From NCBI GenBank assembly GCA_964016885.1, contig OZ024750.1:29698001-29762000 (forward strand): a stretch of 64,000 nucleotides of DNA, written 5' to 3'. The translations under genes and the position numbers were made by a program. This DNA is from Eledone cirrhosa (Eukaryota). The notes below the pieces were generated by a model. The model ran no database searches and was not told the DNA's origin. It saw only the letters and a list, made by a program, of their open reading frames with translations. Numbering within the stretch: the stretch's first letter is position 1; each line of letters opens with the position of its first letter. Positions 10,037-24,671 of the stretch are shown piece after piece.

Positions 10037-13000
10037 GGTTGTAGTAACAGTGGTGGTTGTGGAGGTTGTAGTAACAGTGGTGGTTGTGGAGGTTGTAGTA
10101 ACAGTGATGGTTGTGGAGGTTGTAGTAACAGTGATGGTTGTGGAGGTTGTAGTAACAGTGATGGTTGTGGAGGTTGTAGTAACAGTGATGGTTGTGGAGG
10201 TTGTAGTAGCAGTGATGGTTGTGGAGGTTGTAGTAACAGTGGTGGTGGTGGAGGTTGTAGTAACAGTGATGGTTGTGGAGGCTGTAGTAACAGTGATGGT
10301 TGTGGAGGTTGTAGTAACAGTGATGGTTGTGGAGGTTGTAGTAACAGTGATGGTGGTGGAGGTTGTAGTAACAGTGATGGTTGTGGAGGTTGTAGTAACA
10401 TTGATGGTTGTGGAGGTTGTAGTAACAGTGGTGGTTGTGGAGGTTGTAGTAACAGTGATGGTTGTGGAGGTTGTAGTAACAGTGATGGTTGTGGAGGTTG
10501 TAGTAACAGTGGTGGTGGTGGAGGTTGTAGTAACAGTGATGGTTGTGGAGGTTGTAGTAACAGTGGTGGTGGTGGAGGTTGTAGTAACAGTGATGGTTGT
10601 GGAGGTTGTAGTAACAGTGGTGGTTGTGGAGGTTGTAGTAACAGTGATTGTTGTGGAGGTTGTAGTAACAGTGGTGGTTGTGGAGGTTGTAGTAACAGTG
10701 GTGGTTGTGGAGGTTGTAGTAACAGTGATGGTTGTGGAGGTTGTAGTAACAGTGATGGTTGTGGAGGTTGTAGTAACAGTGGTGGTTGTGGAGGTTGTAG
10801 TAACAGTGGTGGTTGTGGAGGTTGTAGTAACAGTGATGGTTGTGGAGGTTGTAGTAACAGTGATGGTTGTGGAGGTTGTAGTAACAGTGGTGGTTGTGGA
10901 GGTTGTAGTAACAGTGGTGGTGGTGGAGGTTGTAGTAACAGTGATGGTTGTGGAGGTTGTAGTAACAGAGATGGTTGTGGAGGTTGTAGTAACAGTGGTG
11001 GTTGTGGAGGTTGTAGTAACAGTGGTGGTTGTGGAGGTTGTAGTAACAGTGGTGGTTGTGGAGGTTGTAGTAACATTGATGGTTGTGGAGGTTGTAGTAA
11101 CTGATTGTTGTGGAGGTTGTAGTAACAGTGATTGTTGTGGAGGTTGTAGTAACATTGATGGTTGTGGAGGTTGTAGTAACTGATTGTTGTGGAGGTTGTA
11201 GTAACAGTGATGGTTGTGGAGGTTGTAGTAACATTGATGGTTGTGGAGGTTGTAGTAACAGTGATTGTTGTGGAGGTTGTAGTAACAGTGATGGTTGTGG
11301 AGGTTGTAGTAACATTGATGGTTGTGGAGGTTGTAGTAACTGATTGTTGTGGAGGTTGTAGTAACAGTGATGGTTGTGGAGGTTGTAGTAACATTGATGG
11401 TTGTGGAGGTTGTAGTAACAGTGATTGTTGTGGAGGTTGTAGTAACAGTGATGGTTGTGGAGGTTGTAGTAACATTGATGGTTGTGGAGGTTGTAGTAAC
11501 TGATTGTTGTGGAGGTTGTAGTAACAGTCATTGTTGTGGAGGTTGTAGTAACATTGATGGTTGTGGAGGTTGTAGTAACAGTGATTGTTGTGGAGGTTGT
11601 AGTAACAGTGGTGGTGGTGGAGGTTGTAGTAACAGTGATGGTTGTGGAGGTTGTAGTAACAGTGGTGGTGGTGGAGGTTGTAGTAACAGTGATGGTTGTG
11701 GAGGCTGTAGTAACAGTGATGGTTGTGGAGGTTGTAGTAACAGTGATGGTTGTGGAGGTTGTAGTAACTGATGGTTGTGGAGGTTGTAGTAACAGTGATG
11801 GTTGTGGAGGTTGTAGTAACTGATGGTTGTGGAGGTTGTAGTAACTGATGGTTGTGGAGGTTGTAGTAACAGTGGTGGTTGTGGAGGTTGTAGTAACTGA
11901 TTGTTGTGGAGGTTGTAGTAACAGTGATTGTTGTGGAGGTTGTAGTAACATTGATGGTTGTGGAGGTTGTAGTAACAGTGATTGTTGTGGATGTTGTAGT
12001 AACAGTGGTGGTGGTGGAGGTTGTAGTAACAGTGATGGTTGTGGAGGTTGTAGTAACAGTGATGGTTGTGGAGGTTGTAGTAACAGTGGTGGTGGTGGAG
12101 GTTGTAGTAACAGTGATGGTTGTGGAGGTTGTAGTAACAGTGATGGTTGTGGAGGTTGTAGTAACTGATGGTTGTGGAGGTTGTAGTAACAGTGATGGTT
12201 GTGGAGGTTGTAGTAACAGTGATGGTTGTGGAGGTTGTAGTAACAGTGATGGTTGTGGAGGTTGTAGTAACAGTGATGGTTGTGGAGGTTGTAGTAACAG
12301 TGGTGGTGGTGGAGGTTGTAGTAACAGTGATGGTTGTGGAGGTTGTAGTAACAGTGATGGTTGTGGAGGTTGTAGTAACAGTGGTGGTGGTGGAGGTTGT
12401 AGTAACAGTGATGGTTGTGGAGGTTGTAGTAACATTGATGGTTGTGGAGGTTGTAGTAACAGTGGTGGTTGTGGAGGTTGTAGTAACAGTGATTGTTGTG
12501 GAGGTTGTAGTAACAGTGGTGGTTGTGGAGGTTGTAGTAACAGTGATGGTTGTGGAGGTTGTAGTAACAGTGGTGGTTGTTCAGGTTGTAGTAACAGTGA
12601 TGGTTGTGGAGGTTGTAGTAACAGTGGTGGTGGTGGAGGTTGTAGTAACAGTGATGGTTGTGGAGGTTGTAGTAACAGTGATGGTTGTGGAGGTTGTAGT
12701 AACAGTGGTGGTTGTTCAGGTTGTAGTAACAGTGATGGTTGTGGAGGTTGTAGTAACAGTGGTGGTGGTGGAGGTTGTAGTAACAGTGGTGGTTGTGGAG
12801 GTTGTAGTAACAGTGGTGGTGGTGGAGGTTGTAGTAACAGTGATGGTTGTGGAGGTTGTAGTAACAGTGATGGTTGTGGAGGTTGTAGTAACAGTGGTGG
12901 TGGTGGAGGTTGTAGTAACAGTGATGGTTGTGGAGGTTGTAGTAACAGTGATTGTTGTGGAGGTTGTAGTAACAGTGGTGGTGGTGGAGGTTGTAGTAAC

Positions 13001-16000
13001 AGTGATGGTTGTGGAGGTTGTAGTAACAGTGGTGGTGGTGGAGGTTGTAGTAACAGTGATGGTTGTGGAGGTTGTAGTAACAGTGATGGTTGTGGAGGTT
13101 GTAGTAACAGTGATGGTTGTGGAGGTTGTAGTAACAGTGATGGTTGTGGAGGTTGTAGTAACAGTGATGGTTGTGGAGGTTGTAGTAACAGTGATGGTTG
13201 TGGAGGTTGTAGTAACAGTGGTGGTGGTGGAGGTTGTAGTAACAGTGGTGGTTGTGGAGGTTGTAGTAACAGTGGTGGTGGAGGTTGTAGTAACAGTGAT
13301 GGTTGTGGAGGTTGTAGTAACAGTGATGGTTGTGGAGGTTGTAGTAACAGTGGTGGTTGTGGAGGTTGTAGTAACAGTGGTGGTTGTGGAGGTTGTAGTA
13401 ACAGTGGTGGTTGTGGAGGTTGTAGTAACAGTGGAGGTTGTAGTAACAGTGATGGTTGTGGAGGTTGTAGTAACAGTGATGGTTGTGGAGGTTGTAGTAA
13501 CAGTGGTGGTTGTGGAGGTTGTAGTAACAGTGGTGGTTGTGGAGGTTGTAGTAACAGTGGTGGTTGTGGAGGTTGTAGTAACAGTGATGGTTGTGGAGGT
13601 TGTAGTAACAGTGATGGTTGTGGAGGTTGTAGTAACAGTGATTGTTGTGGAGGTTGTAGTAACAGTGATGGTTGTGGAGGTTGTAGTAACAGTGATTGTT
13701 GTGGAGGTTGTAGTAACAGTGATGGTTGTGGAGGTTGTAGTAACAGTGATGGTTGTGGAGGTTGTAGTAACAGTGGTCGTTGTGGAGGTTGTAGTAACAG
13801 TGGTGGTTGTGGAGGTTGTAGTAACAGTGGTGGTTGTGGAGGTTGTAGTAACAGTGGTGGTTGTGGAGGTTGTAGTAACAGTGATGGTTATGGAGGCTGT
13901 AGTAACAGTGATGGTTGTGGAGGTTGTAGTAACAGTGATGGTTGTGGAGGTTGTAGTAACAGTGATGGTTGTGGAGGTTGTAGTAACAGTGATGGTTGTG
14001 GAGGTTGTAGTAACAGTGATGGTTGTGGAGGTTGTAGTAACAGTGGTGGTGGTGGAGGTTGTAGTAACAGTGATGGTTGTGGAGGTTGTAGTAACAGTGG
14101 TGGTGGTGGAGGTTGTAGTAACAGTGATTGTTGTGGAGGTTGTAGTAACAGTGATGGTTGTGGAGGTTGTAGTAACAGTGGTGGTGGTGGAGGTTGTAGT
14201 AACAGTGATGGTTGTGGAGGTTGTAGTAACAGTGGTGGTTGTGGAGGTTGTAGTAACAGTGGTGGTTGTGGAGGTTGTAGTAACAGTGGTGGTGGTGGAG
14301 GTTGTAGTAACAGTGGTGGTGGTGGAGGTTGTAGTAACAGTGATGGTTGTGGAGGTTGTAGTAACAGTGGTGGTTGTGGAGGTTGTAGTAACAGTGGTGG
14401 TGGTGGAGGTTGTAGTAACAGTGATGGTTGTGGAGGTTGTAGTAACAGTGGTGGTTGTGGAGGTTGTAGTAACAGTGGTGGTTGTGGAGGTTGTAGTAAC
14501 AGTGGTGGTGGTGGAGGTTGTAGTAACAGTGATGGTTGTGGAGGTTGTAGTAACAGTGGTGGTTGTGGAGGTTGTAGTAACAGTGGTGGTTGTGGAGGTT
14601 GTAGTAACAGTGGTGGTGGTGGAGGTTGTAGTAACAGTGATTGTTGTGGAGGTTGTAGTAACAGTGATGGTTGTGGAGGTTGTAGTAACAGTGATTGTTG
14701 TGGAGGTTGTAGTAACAGTGGTGGTTGTGGAGGTTGTAGTAACAGTGATGGTTGTGGAGGTTGTAGTAACAGTGATGGTTGTGTAGGTTGTAGTAACAGT
14801 GGTGGTTGTGGAGGTTGTAGTAACATTGATGGTTGTGGAGGTTGTAGTAACAGTGATTGTTGTGGAGGTTGTAGTAACAGTGATGGTTGTGGAGGTTGTA
14901 GTAACAGTGATGGTTGTGGAGGTTGTAGTAACAGTGATTGTTGTGGAGGTTGTAGTAACAGTGATGGTTGTGGAGGTTGTAGTAACAGTGATGGTTGTGG
15001 AGGTTGTAGTAACAGTGATTGTTGTGGAGGTTGTAGTAACAGTGATGGTTGTGGAGGTTGTAGTAACAGTGGTGGTTGTGGAGGTTGTAGTAACAGTGAT
15101 GGTTGTGGAGGTTGTAGTAACAGTGATGGTTGTGGAGGTTGTAGTAACAGTGGTGGTTGTGGAGGTTGTAGTAACATTGATGGTTGTGGAGGTTGTAGTA
15201 ACAGTGATTGTTGTGGAGGTTGTAGTAACATTGATGGTTGTGGAGGTTGTAGTAACATTGATGGTTGTGGAGGTTGTAGTAACAGTGATTGTTGTGGAGG
15301 TTGTAGTAACAGTGATGGTTGTGGAGGTTGTAGTAACAGTGATGGTTGTGGAGGTTGTAGTAACAGTGGATGGTTGTGGAGGTTGTAGTAACAGTGATGG
15401 TTGTGGAGGTTGTAGTAACATTGATGGTTGTGGAGGTTGTAGTAACAGTGGTGGTTGTGGAGGTTGTAGTAACAGTGATGGTTGTGGAGGTTGTAGTAAC
15501 AGTGATGGTTGTGGAGGTTGTAGTAACAGTGATGGTTGTGGAGGTTGTAGTAACATTGATGGTTGTGGAGGTTGTAGTAACAGTGGTGGTTGTGGAGGTT
15601 GTAGTAATATTGATGGTTGTGGAGGTTGTAGTAACAGTGATGGTTGTGGAGGTTGTAGTAACAGTGGTGGTTGTGGAGGTTGTAGTAACAGTGATTGTTG
15701 TGGAGGTTGTAGTAACAGTGATGGTTGTGGAGGTTGTAGTAACAGTGATGGTTGTAGTAACAGTGGTGGTGGTGGAGGTTGTAGTAACATTGATGGTTGT
15801 GGAGGTTGTAGTAACAGTGATGGTTGTGGAGGTTGTAGTAACAGTGGTGGTTGTGGAGGTTGTAGTAACAGTGATGGTTGTGGAGGTTGTAGTAACAGTG
15901 ATGGTTGTGGAGGTTGTAGTAACAGTGATGGTTGTGGAGGTTGTAGTAACAGTGATGGTTGTGGAGGTTGTAGTAACAGTGATGGTTGTGGAGGTTGTAG

Positions 16001-19000
16001 TAACAGTGATGGTTGTGGAGGTTGTAGTAACAGTGATTGTTGTGGAGGTTGTAGTAACAGTGATTGTTGTGGAGGTTGTAGTAACAGTGATGGTTGTGGA
16101 GGTTGTAGTAACAGTGATGGTTGTGGAGGTTGTAGTAACAGTGATGGTTGTGGAGGTTGTAGTAACAGTGATGGTTGTGGAGGTTGTAGTAACAGTGATG
16201 GTTGTGGAGGTTGTAGTAACAGTGATGGTTGTGGAGGTTGTAGTAACAGTGGTGGTTGTGGAGGTTGTAGTAACAGTGATGGTTGTGGAGGTTGTAGTAA
16301 CAGTGATGGTTGTGGAGGTTGTAGTAACAGTGAGTGGTTGTGGAGGTTGTAGTAACATTGATGGTTGTGGAGGTTGTAGTAACAGTGATTGTTGTGGAGG
16401 TTGTAGTAACATTGATGGTTGTGGAGGTTGTAGTAACAGTGATGGTTGTGGAGGTTGTAGTAACAGTGATTGTTGTGGAGGTTGTAGTAACAGTGATGGT
16501 TGTGGAGGTTGTAGTAACAGTGATGGTTGTGGAGGTTGTAGTAACAGTGATGGTTGTGGAGGTTGTAGTAACAGTGATGGTTGTGGAGGTTGTAGTAACA
16601 TTGATGGTTGTGGAGGTTGTAGTAACAGTGGATGGTTGTGGAGGTTGTAGTAACAGTGATGGTTGTGGAGGTTGTAGTAACAGTGATGGTTGTGGAGGTT
16701 GTAGTAACAGTGATGGTTGTGGAGGTTGTAGTAACATTGATGGTTGTGGAGGTTGTAGTAACAGTGGTGGTTGTGGAGGTTGTAGTAATATTGATGGTTG
16801 TGGAGGTTGTAGTAACAGTGATGGTTGTGGAGGTTGTAGTAACAGTGGTGGTTGTGGAGGTTGTAGTAACAGTGATTGTTGTGGAGGTTGTAGTAAAGTG
16901 ATGGTTGTGGAGGTTGTAGTAACAGTGATGGTTGTAGTAACAGTGGTGGTGGTGGAGGTTGTAGTAACATTGATGGTTGTGGAGGTTGTAGTAACAGTGA
17001 TGGTTGTGGAGGTTGTAGTAACAGTGGTGGTGGTGGAGGTTGTAGTAACAGTGATGGTTGTGGAGGTTGTAGTAACAGTGATGGTTGTGGGAGGTTGTAG
17101 TAACAGTGATGGTTGTGGAGGTTGTAGTAACAGTGATTGTTGTGGAGGTTGTAGTAACAGTGATGGTTGTGGAGGTTGTAGTAACAGTGATGGTTGTGGA
17201 GGTTGTAGTAACAGTGATTGTTGTGGAGGTTGTAGTAACAGTGATTGTTGTGGAGGTTGTAGTAACAGTGATGGTTGTGGAGGTTGTAGTAACAGTGATG
17301 GTTGTGGAGGTTGTAGTAACAGTGATGGTTGTGGAGGTTGTAGTAACAGTGATTGTTGTGGAGGTTGTAGTAACAGTGATGGTTGTGGAGGTTGTAGTAA
17401 CAGTGATTGTTGTGGAGGTTGTAGTAACAGTGATGGATGTGGAGGTTGTAGTAACAGTGATGGTTGTGGAGGTTGTAGTAACAGTGGTGGTGGTGGAGGT
17501 TGTAGTAACAGTGATGGTTGTGGAGGTTGTAGTAACAGTGGTGGTGGTGGAGGTTGTAGTAACAGTGATTGTTGTGGAGGTTGTAGTAACAGTGATGGTT
17601 GTGGAGGTTGTAGTAACAGTGATGGTTGTGGAGGTTGTAGTAACAGTGATGGTTGTGGAGGTTGTAGTAACAGTGGTGGTGGTGGAGGTTGTAGTAACAG
17701 TGGTGGTGGTGGAGGTTGTAGTAACAGTGATGGTTGCGGAGGTTGTAGTAACAGTGATTGTTGTGGAGGTTGTAGTAACAGTGATGGTTGTGGAGGTTGT
17801 AGTAACAGTGATGGTTGTGGAGGTTGTAGTAACAGTGATTGTTGTGGAGGTTGTAGTAACAGTGATTGTTGTGGAGGTTGTAGTAACAGTGATGGTTGTG
17901 GAGGTTGTAGTAACAGTGATGGTTGTGGAGGTTGTAGTAACAGTGATGGTTGTGGAGGTTGTAGTAACAGTGATGGTTGTGGAGGTTGTAGTAACAGTGA
18001 TGGTTGTGGAGGTTGTAGTAACAGTGATGGTTGTGGAGGTTGTAGTAACAGTGATGGTTGTGGAGGTTGTAGTAACAGTGATGGTTGTGGAGGTTGTAGT
18101 AACAGTGATTGTTGTGGGAGGTTGTAGTAACAGTGATTGTTGTGGAGGTTGTAGTAACAGTGATGGTTGTGGAGGTTGTAGTAACAGTGATGGTTGTGGA
18201 GGTTGTAGTAACAGTGATGGTTGTGGAGGTTGTAGTAACAGTGAGTGGTGGTGGAGGTTGTAGTAACAGTGATGGTTGTGGAGGTTGTAGTAACAGTGAT
18301 GGTTGTGGAGGTTGTAGTAACAGTGATGGTTGTGGAGGTTGTAGTAACAGTGGATGGTGGTGGAGGTTGTAGTAACAGTGGTGGTGGTGGAGGTTGTAGT
18401 AACAGTGATGGTTGTGGAGGTTGTAGTAACAGTGATGGTTGTGGAGGTTGTAGTAACAGTGATTGTTGTGGGGGTTGTAGTAACAGTGATGGTTGTGGAG
18501 GTTGTAGTAACAGTGATTGTTGTGGAGGTTGTAGTAACAGTGGTGGTGGTGGAGGTTGTAGTAACAGTGATGGTTGTGGAGGTTGTAGTAACAGTGATGG
18601 TTGTGGAGGTTGTAGTAACAGTGATGGTTGTGGAGGTTGTAGTAACAGTGATTGTTGTGGAGGTTGTAGTAACAGTGGTGGTGGTGGAGGTTGTAGTAAC
18701 AGTGATGGTTGTGGAGGTTGTAGTAACAGTGATTGTTGTGGAGGTTGTAGTAACAGTGATGGTTGTGGAGGTTGTAGTAACAGTGGTGGTGGTGGAGGTT
18801 GTTGTAACAGTGATTGTTGTGGAGGTTGTAGTAACAGTGATGGTTGTGGAGGTTGTAGTAACAGTGATGGTTGTGGAGGTTGTAGTAACAGTGATAGTTG
18901 TGGAGGTTGTAGTAACAGTGATTGTTGTGGAGGTTGTAGTAACAGTGATTGTTGTGGAGGTTGTAGTAACAGTGATGGTTGTGGAGGTTGTAGTAACAGT

Positions 19001-22000
19001 GATGGTTGTGGAGGTTGTAGTAACAGTGATGGTTGTGGAGGTTGTAGTAACAGTGATGGTTGTGGAGGTTGTAGTAACAGTGAGTGGTGTGGAGGTTGTA
19101 GTAACAGTGATTGTTGTGGAGGTTGTAGTAACAGTGATGGTTGTGGAGGTTGTAGTAACAGTGATGGTTGTGGAGGTTGTAGTAACAGTGATGGTTGTGG
19201 AGGTTGTAGTAACAGTGATGGTTGTGGAGGTTGTAGTAACAGTGATGGTTGTGGAGGTTGTAGTAACAGTGGTGGTGTGTGGAGGTTGTAGTAACAGTGA
19301 TGGTTGTGGAGGTTGTAGTAACAGTGATGGTTGTGGAGGTTGTAGTAACAGTGATGGTTGTGGAGGTTGTAGTAACAGTGATGGTTGTGGAGGTTGTAGT
19401 AACAGTGGTGGTGTGGAGGTTGTAGTAACAGTGATGGTTGTGGAGGTTGTAGTAACAGTGGTGGTGGTGGAGGTTGTAGTAACAGTGATGGTTGTGGAGG
19501 TTGTAGTAACAGTGATGGTTGTGGAGGTTGTAGTAACAGTGAGTGGTTGTGGAGGTTGTAGTAACAGTGATGGTTGTGGAGGTTGTAGTAACAGTGGTGG
19601 TTGTGGAGGTTGTAGTAACAGTGATGGTTGTGGAGGTTGTAGTAACAGTGTTGTTGTGGAGGTTGTAGTAACAGTGATGGTTGTGGAGGTTGTAGTAACA
19701 GTGATGGTTGTGGAGGTTGTAGTAACAGTGGTGGTTGTGGAGGTTGTAGTAACAGTGATGGTTGTGGAGGTTGTAGTAACAGTGATGGTTGTGGAGGTTG
19801 TAGTAACAGTGATGGTTGTGGAGGTTGTAGTAACAGTGATTGTTGTGGAGGTTGTAGTAACAGTGATGGTTGTGGAGGTTGTAGTAACAGTGATGGTTGT
19901 GGAGGTTGTAGTAACAGTGGTGGTTGTGGAGGTTGTAGTAACAGTGATGGTTGTGGAGGTTGTAGTAACAGTGATGGTTGTGGAGGTTGTAGTAACAGTG
20001 ATGGTTGTGGAGGTTGTAGTAACAGTGATGGTTGTGGAGGTTGTAGTAACAGTGATGGTTGTGGAGGTTGTAGTAACAGTGATGGTTGTGGAGGTTGTAG
20101 TAACAGTGATGTTGTGGAGGTTGTAGTAACAGTGATGGTTGTGGAGGTTGTAGTAACAGTGAGGTTGTGGAGGTTGTAGTAACAGTGATGGTTGTGGAGG
20201 TTGTAGTAACAGTGATGGTTGGGGTTGTAGTAAGTGAGGTGGAGGTTGTAGTAACAGTGATGGTTGTGGAGGTTGTAGTAACAGTGATGGTTGTGGAGGT
20301 TGTAGTAACAGTGGTGGTGGTGGAGGTTGTAGTAACAGTGATGGTTGTGGAGGTTGTAGTAACAGTGATGGTTGTGGAGGTTGTAGTAACATTGTAGTAA
20401 CAGTGATGGTTGTGGAGGTTGTAGTAACAGTGATGGTTGTGGAGGTTGTAGTAACAGTGATGGTTGTGGAGGTTGTAGTAACAGTGATGGTTGTGGAGGT
20501 TGTAGTAACAGTGGTGGTTGTGGAGGTTGTAGTAACAGTGATGGTTGTGGAGGTTGTAGTAACAGTGATTGTTGTGGAGGTTGTAGTAACAGTGGTGGTT
20601 GTGGAGGTTGTAGTAACAGTGATGGTTGTGGAGGTTGTAGTAACAGTGATGGTTGTGGAGGTTGTAGTAACAGTGATGGTTGTGGAGGTTGTAGTAACAG
20701 TGATGGTTGTGGAGGTTGTAGTAACAGTGATGGTTGTGGAGGTTGTAGTAACAGTGATGGTTGTGGAGGTTGTAGTAACAGTGATGGTTGTGGAGGTTGT
20801 AGTAACAGTGGTGGTTGTGGAGGTTGTAGTAACAGTGATGGTTGTGGAGGTTGTAGTAACAGTGATGGTTGTGGAGGTTGTAGTAACAGTGATGGTTGTG
20901 GAGGTTGTAGTAACAGTGGTGGTTGTGGAGGTTGTAGTAACAGTGATGGTTGTGGAGGTTGTAGTAACAGTGATTGTTGTGGAGGTTGTAGTAACAGTGA
21001 TTGTTGTGGAGGTTGTAGTAACAGTGGTGGTGGTGGAGGTTGTAGTAACAGTGATGGTTGTGGTGGTTGTAGTAACAGTGGTGGTGGTGGAGGTTGTAGT
21101 AACAGTGATGGTTGTGGAGGTTGTAGTAACAGTGGTGGTTGTGGAGGTTGTAGTAACAGTGATGGTTGTGGAGGTTGTAGTAACAGTGGTGGTGGTGGAG
21201 GTTGTAGTAACAGTGATTGTTGTGGAGGTTGTAGTAAAAGTGGTGGTGGTGGAGGTTGTAGTAACAGTGATTGTTGTGGAGGTTGTAGTAACAGTGGTGG
21301 TTGTGGAGGTTGTAGTAACAGTGATGGTTGTGGAGGTTGTAGTAACAGTGGTGGTGGTGGAGGTTGTAGTAACAGTGATGGTTGTGGAGGTTGTAGTAAC
21401 AGTGATTGTTGTGGAGGTTGTAGTAACAGTGGTGGTGGTGGAGGTTGTAGTAACAGTGGTGGTGGTGGAGGTTGTAGTAACAGTGGTGGTTGTGGAGGTT
21501 GTAGTAACAGTGATGGTTGTGGAGGTTGTAGTAACAGTGATGGTTGTGGAGGTTGTAGTAACAGTGATGGTTGTGGAGGTTGTAGTAACAGTGATGGTTG
21601 TGGAGGTTGTAGTAACAGTGGTGGTTGTGGAGGTTGTAGTAACAGTGGTGGTTGTGGAGGTTGTAGTAACAGTGGTGGTTGTGGAGGTTGTAGTAACAGT
21701 GGTGGTGGTGGAGGTTGTAGTAACAGTGATGGTTGTGGAGGTTGTAGTAACAGTGATGGTTGTGGAGGTTGTAGTAACAGTGATGGTTGTGGAGGTTGTA
21801 GTAACAGTGATGGTTGTGGAGGTTGTAGTAACAGTGATGGTTGTGGAGGTTGTAGTAACAGTGGTGGTTGTGGAGGTTGTAGTAACAGTGATGGTTGTGG
21901 AGGTTGTAGTAACAGTGATGGTTGTGGAGGTTGTAGTAACAGTGATGGTTGTGGAGGTTGTAGTAACAGTGATGGTTGTGGAGGTTGTAGTAACAGTGGT

Positions 22001-24462
22001 GGTTGTGGAGGTTGTAGTAACAGTGGTGGTTGTGGAGGTTGTAGTAACAGTGATGGTTGTGGAGGTTGTAGTAACAGTGGTGGTTGTGGAGGTTGTAGTA
22101 ACAGTGATGGTTGTGGAGGTTGTAGTAACAGTGATGGTTGTGGAGGTTGTAGTAACAGTGGTGGTTGTGGAGGTTGTAGTAACAGTGGTGGTTGTGGAGG
22201 TTGTAGTAACAGTGATGGTTGTGGAGGTTGTAGTAACAGTGGTGGTTGTGGAGGTTGTAGTAACAGTGATGGTTGTGGAGGTTGTAGTAACAGTGATGGT
22301 TGTGGAGGTTGTAGTAACAGTGATGGTTGTGGAGGTTGTAGTAACAGTGATGGTTGTGGAGGTTGTAGTAACAGTGGTGGTTGTGGAGGTTGTAGTAACA
22401 GTGGTGGTTGTGGAGGTTGTAGTAACAGTGGTGGTTGTGGAGGTTGTAGTAACAGTGATGGTTGTGGAGGTTGTAGTAACAGTGGTGGTTGTGGAGGTTG
22501 TAGTAACAGTGATGGTTGTGGAGGTTGTAGTAACAGTGATGGTTGTGGAGGTTGTAGTAACAGTGATGGTTGTGGAGGTTGTAGTAACAGTGATGGTTGT
22601 GGAGGTTGTAGTAACAGTGGTGGTTGTGGAGGTTGTAGTAACAGTGGTGGTTGTGGAGGTTGTAGTAACAGTGGTGGTTGTGGAGGTTGTAGTAACAGTG
22701 GTGGTGGTGGAGGTTGTAGTAACAGTGATGGTTGTGGAGGTTGTAGTAACAGTGATGGTTGTGGAGGTTGTAGTAACAGTGATGGTTGTGGAGGTTGTAG
22801 TAACAGTGATGGTTGTGGAGGTTGTAGTAACAGTGGTGGTGGTGGAGGTTGTAGTAACAGTGGTGGTTGTGGAGGTTGTAGTAACAGTGATTGTTGTGGA
22901 GGTTGTAGTAACAGTGGTGGTTGTGGAGGTTGTAGTAACAGTGGTGGTTGTGGAGGTTGTAGTAACAGTGGTGGTTGTGGAGGTTGTAGTAACAGTGGTG
23001 GTTGTGGAGGTTGTAGTAACAGTGGTGGTTGTGGAGGTTGTAGTAACAGTGGTGGTTGTGGAGGTTGTAGTAACAGTGGTGGTTGTGGAGGTTGTAGTAA
23101 CAGTGGTGGTTGTGGAGGTTGTAGTAACAGTGATGGTTGTGGAGGTTGTAGTAACAGTGGTGGTTGTGGAGGTTGTAGTAACAGTGGTGGTTGTGGAGGT
23201 TGTAGTAACAGTGGTGGTTGTGGAGGTTGTAGTAACAGTGGTGGTTGTGGAGGTTGTAGTAACAGTGGTGGTTGTGGAGGTTGTAGTAACAGTGGTGGTT
23301 GTGGAGGTTGTAGTAACAGTGATGGTTGTGGAGGTTGTAGTAACAGTGGTGGTGGTGGAGGTTGTAGTAACAGTGGTGGTTGTGGAGGTTGTAGTAACAG
23401 TGGTGGTTGTGGAGGTTGTAGTAACAGTGGTGGTTGTGGAGGTTGTAGTAACAGTGGTGGTTGTGGAGGTTGTAGTAACAGTGGTGGTTGTGGAGGTTGT
23501 AGTAACAGTGATTGTTGTGGAGGTTGTAGTAACAGTGATGGTTGTGGAGGTTGTAGTAACAGTGATGGTTGTGGAGGTTGTAGTAACAGTGATTGTTGTG
23601 GAGGTTGTAGTAACAGTGGTGGTTGTGGAGGTTGTAGTAACAGTGGTGGTTGTGGAGGTTGTAGTAACAGTGATGGTTGTGGAGGTTGTAGTAACAGTGG
23701 TGGTTGTGGAGGTTGTAGTAACAGTGATTGTTGTGGAGGTTGTAGTAACAGTGGTGGTTGTGGAGGTTGTAGTAACAGTGATTGTTGTGGAGGTTGTAGT
23801 AACAGTGATGGTTGTGGAGGTTGTAGTAACAGTGATGGTTGTGGAGGTTGTAGTAACAGTGGTGGTTGTGGAGGTTGTAGTAACAGTGGTGGTGGTGGAG
23901 GTTGTAGTAACAGTGATGGTTGTGGAGGTTGTAGTAACAGTGATGGTTGTGGAGGTTGTAGTAACAGTGGTGGTGGTGGAGGTTGTAGTAACAGTGATGG
24001 TTGTGGAGGTTGTAGTAACAGTGGTGGTTGTGGAGGTTGTAGTAACAGTGATTGTTGTGGAGGTTGTAGTAACAGTGATGGTTGTGGAGGTTGTAGTAAC
24101 AGTGGTGGTGGTGGAGGTTGTAGTAACAGTGATGGTTGTGGAGGTTGTAGTAACAGTGGTGGTTGTGGAGGTTGTAGTAACAGTGATTGTTGTGGAGGTT
24201 GTAGTAACAGTGATGGTTGTGGAGGTTGTAGTAACAGTGATGGTTGTGGAGGTTGTAGTAACAGTGATGGTTGTGGAGGTTGTAGTAACAGTGGTGGTTG
24301 TGGAGGTTGTAGTAACAGTGGTGGTTGTGGAGGTTGTAGTAACAGTGATGGTTGTGGAGGTTGTAGTAACAGTGATGGTTGTGGAGGTTGTAGTAACAGT
24401 GATGGTTGTGGAGGTTGTAGTAACAGTGATGGTTGTGGAGGTTGTAGTAACAGTGGTGGTTG
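10037..24462. repeat. giant 27-bp minisatellite/satellite, ~530 copies
   Basis: Unit GTTGTAGTAACAGTGATGGTTGTGGAG with a few recurrent variants (GAT/GGT, GGT/TGT, CAGT/CATT). Confidence 0.99.
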
Positions 24463-24671
24463 TATTTATGGAGGTCATGGGAGATCGCTGTGATGGTAGT
24501 AGTGTTGGTAGTTGTTGTTGTGATGTAGTGCTGGTTGTAGTAACAGTAGTGGTAGTGGAGTGGTAGTGGTAGTTATGGTAACAGCAATAGAGATCATGGA
24601 AATTAGTAAAAACAAAACGACGACGACAATCATATTAATATTGCGTTACATAGAAAACAGTTTAACAGGAG

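Noticed and set aside
9834-24566. Huge mucin-like (TTTSTTITV), His/Cys/Tyr-rich and Val-rich ORFs
   Set aside because: Several frames on both strands are open simply because the unit is 27 bp. There are no signal peptides, flanking domains or codon-position bias, and frames are swapped by indels.
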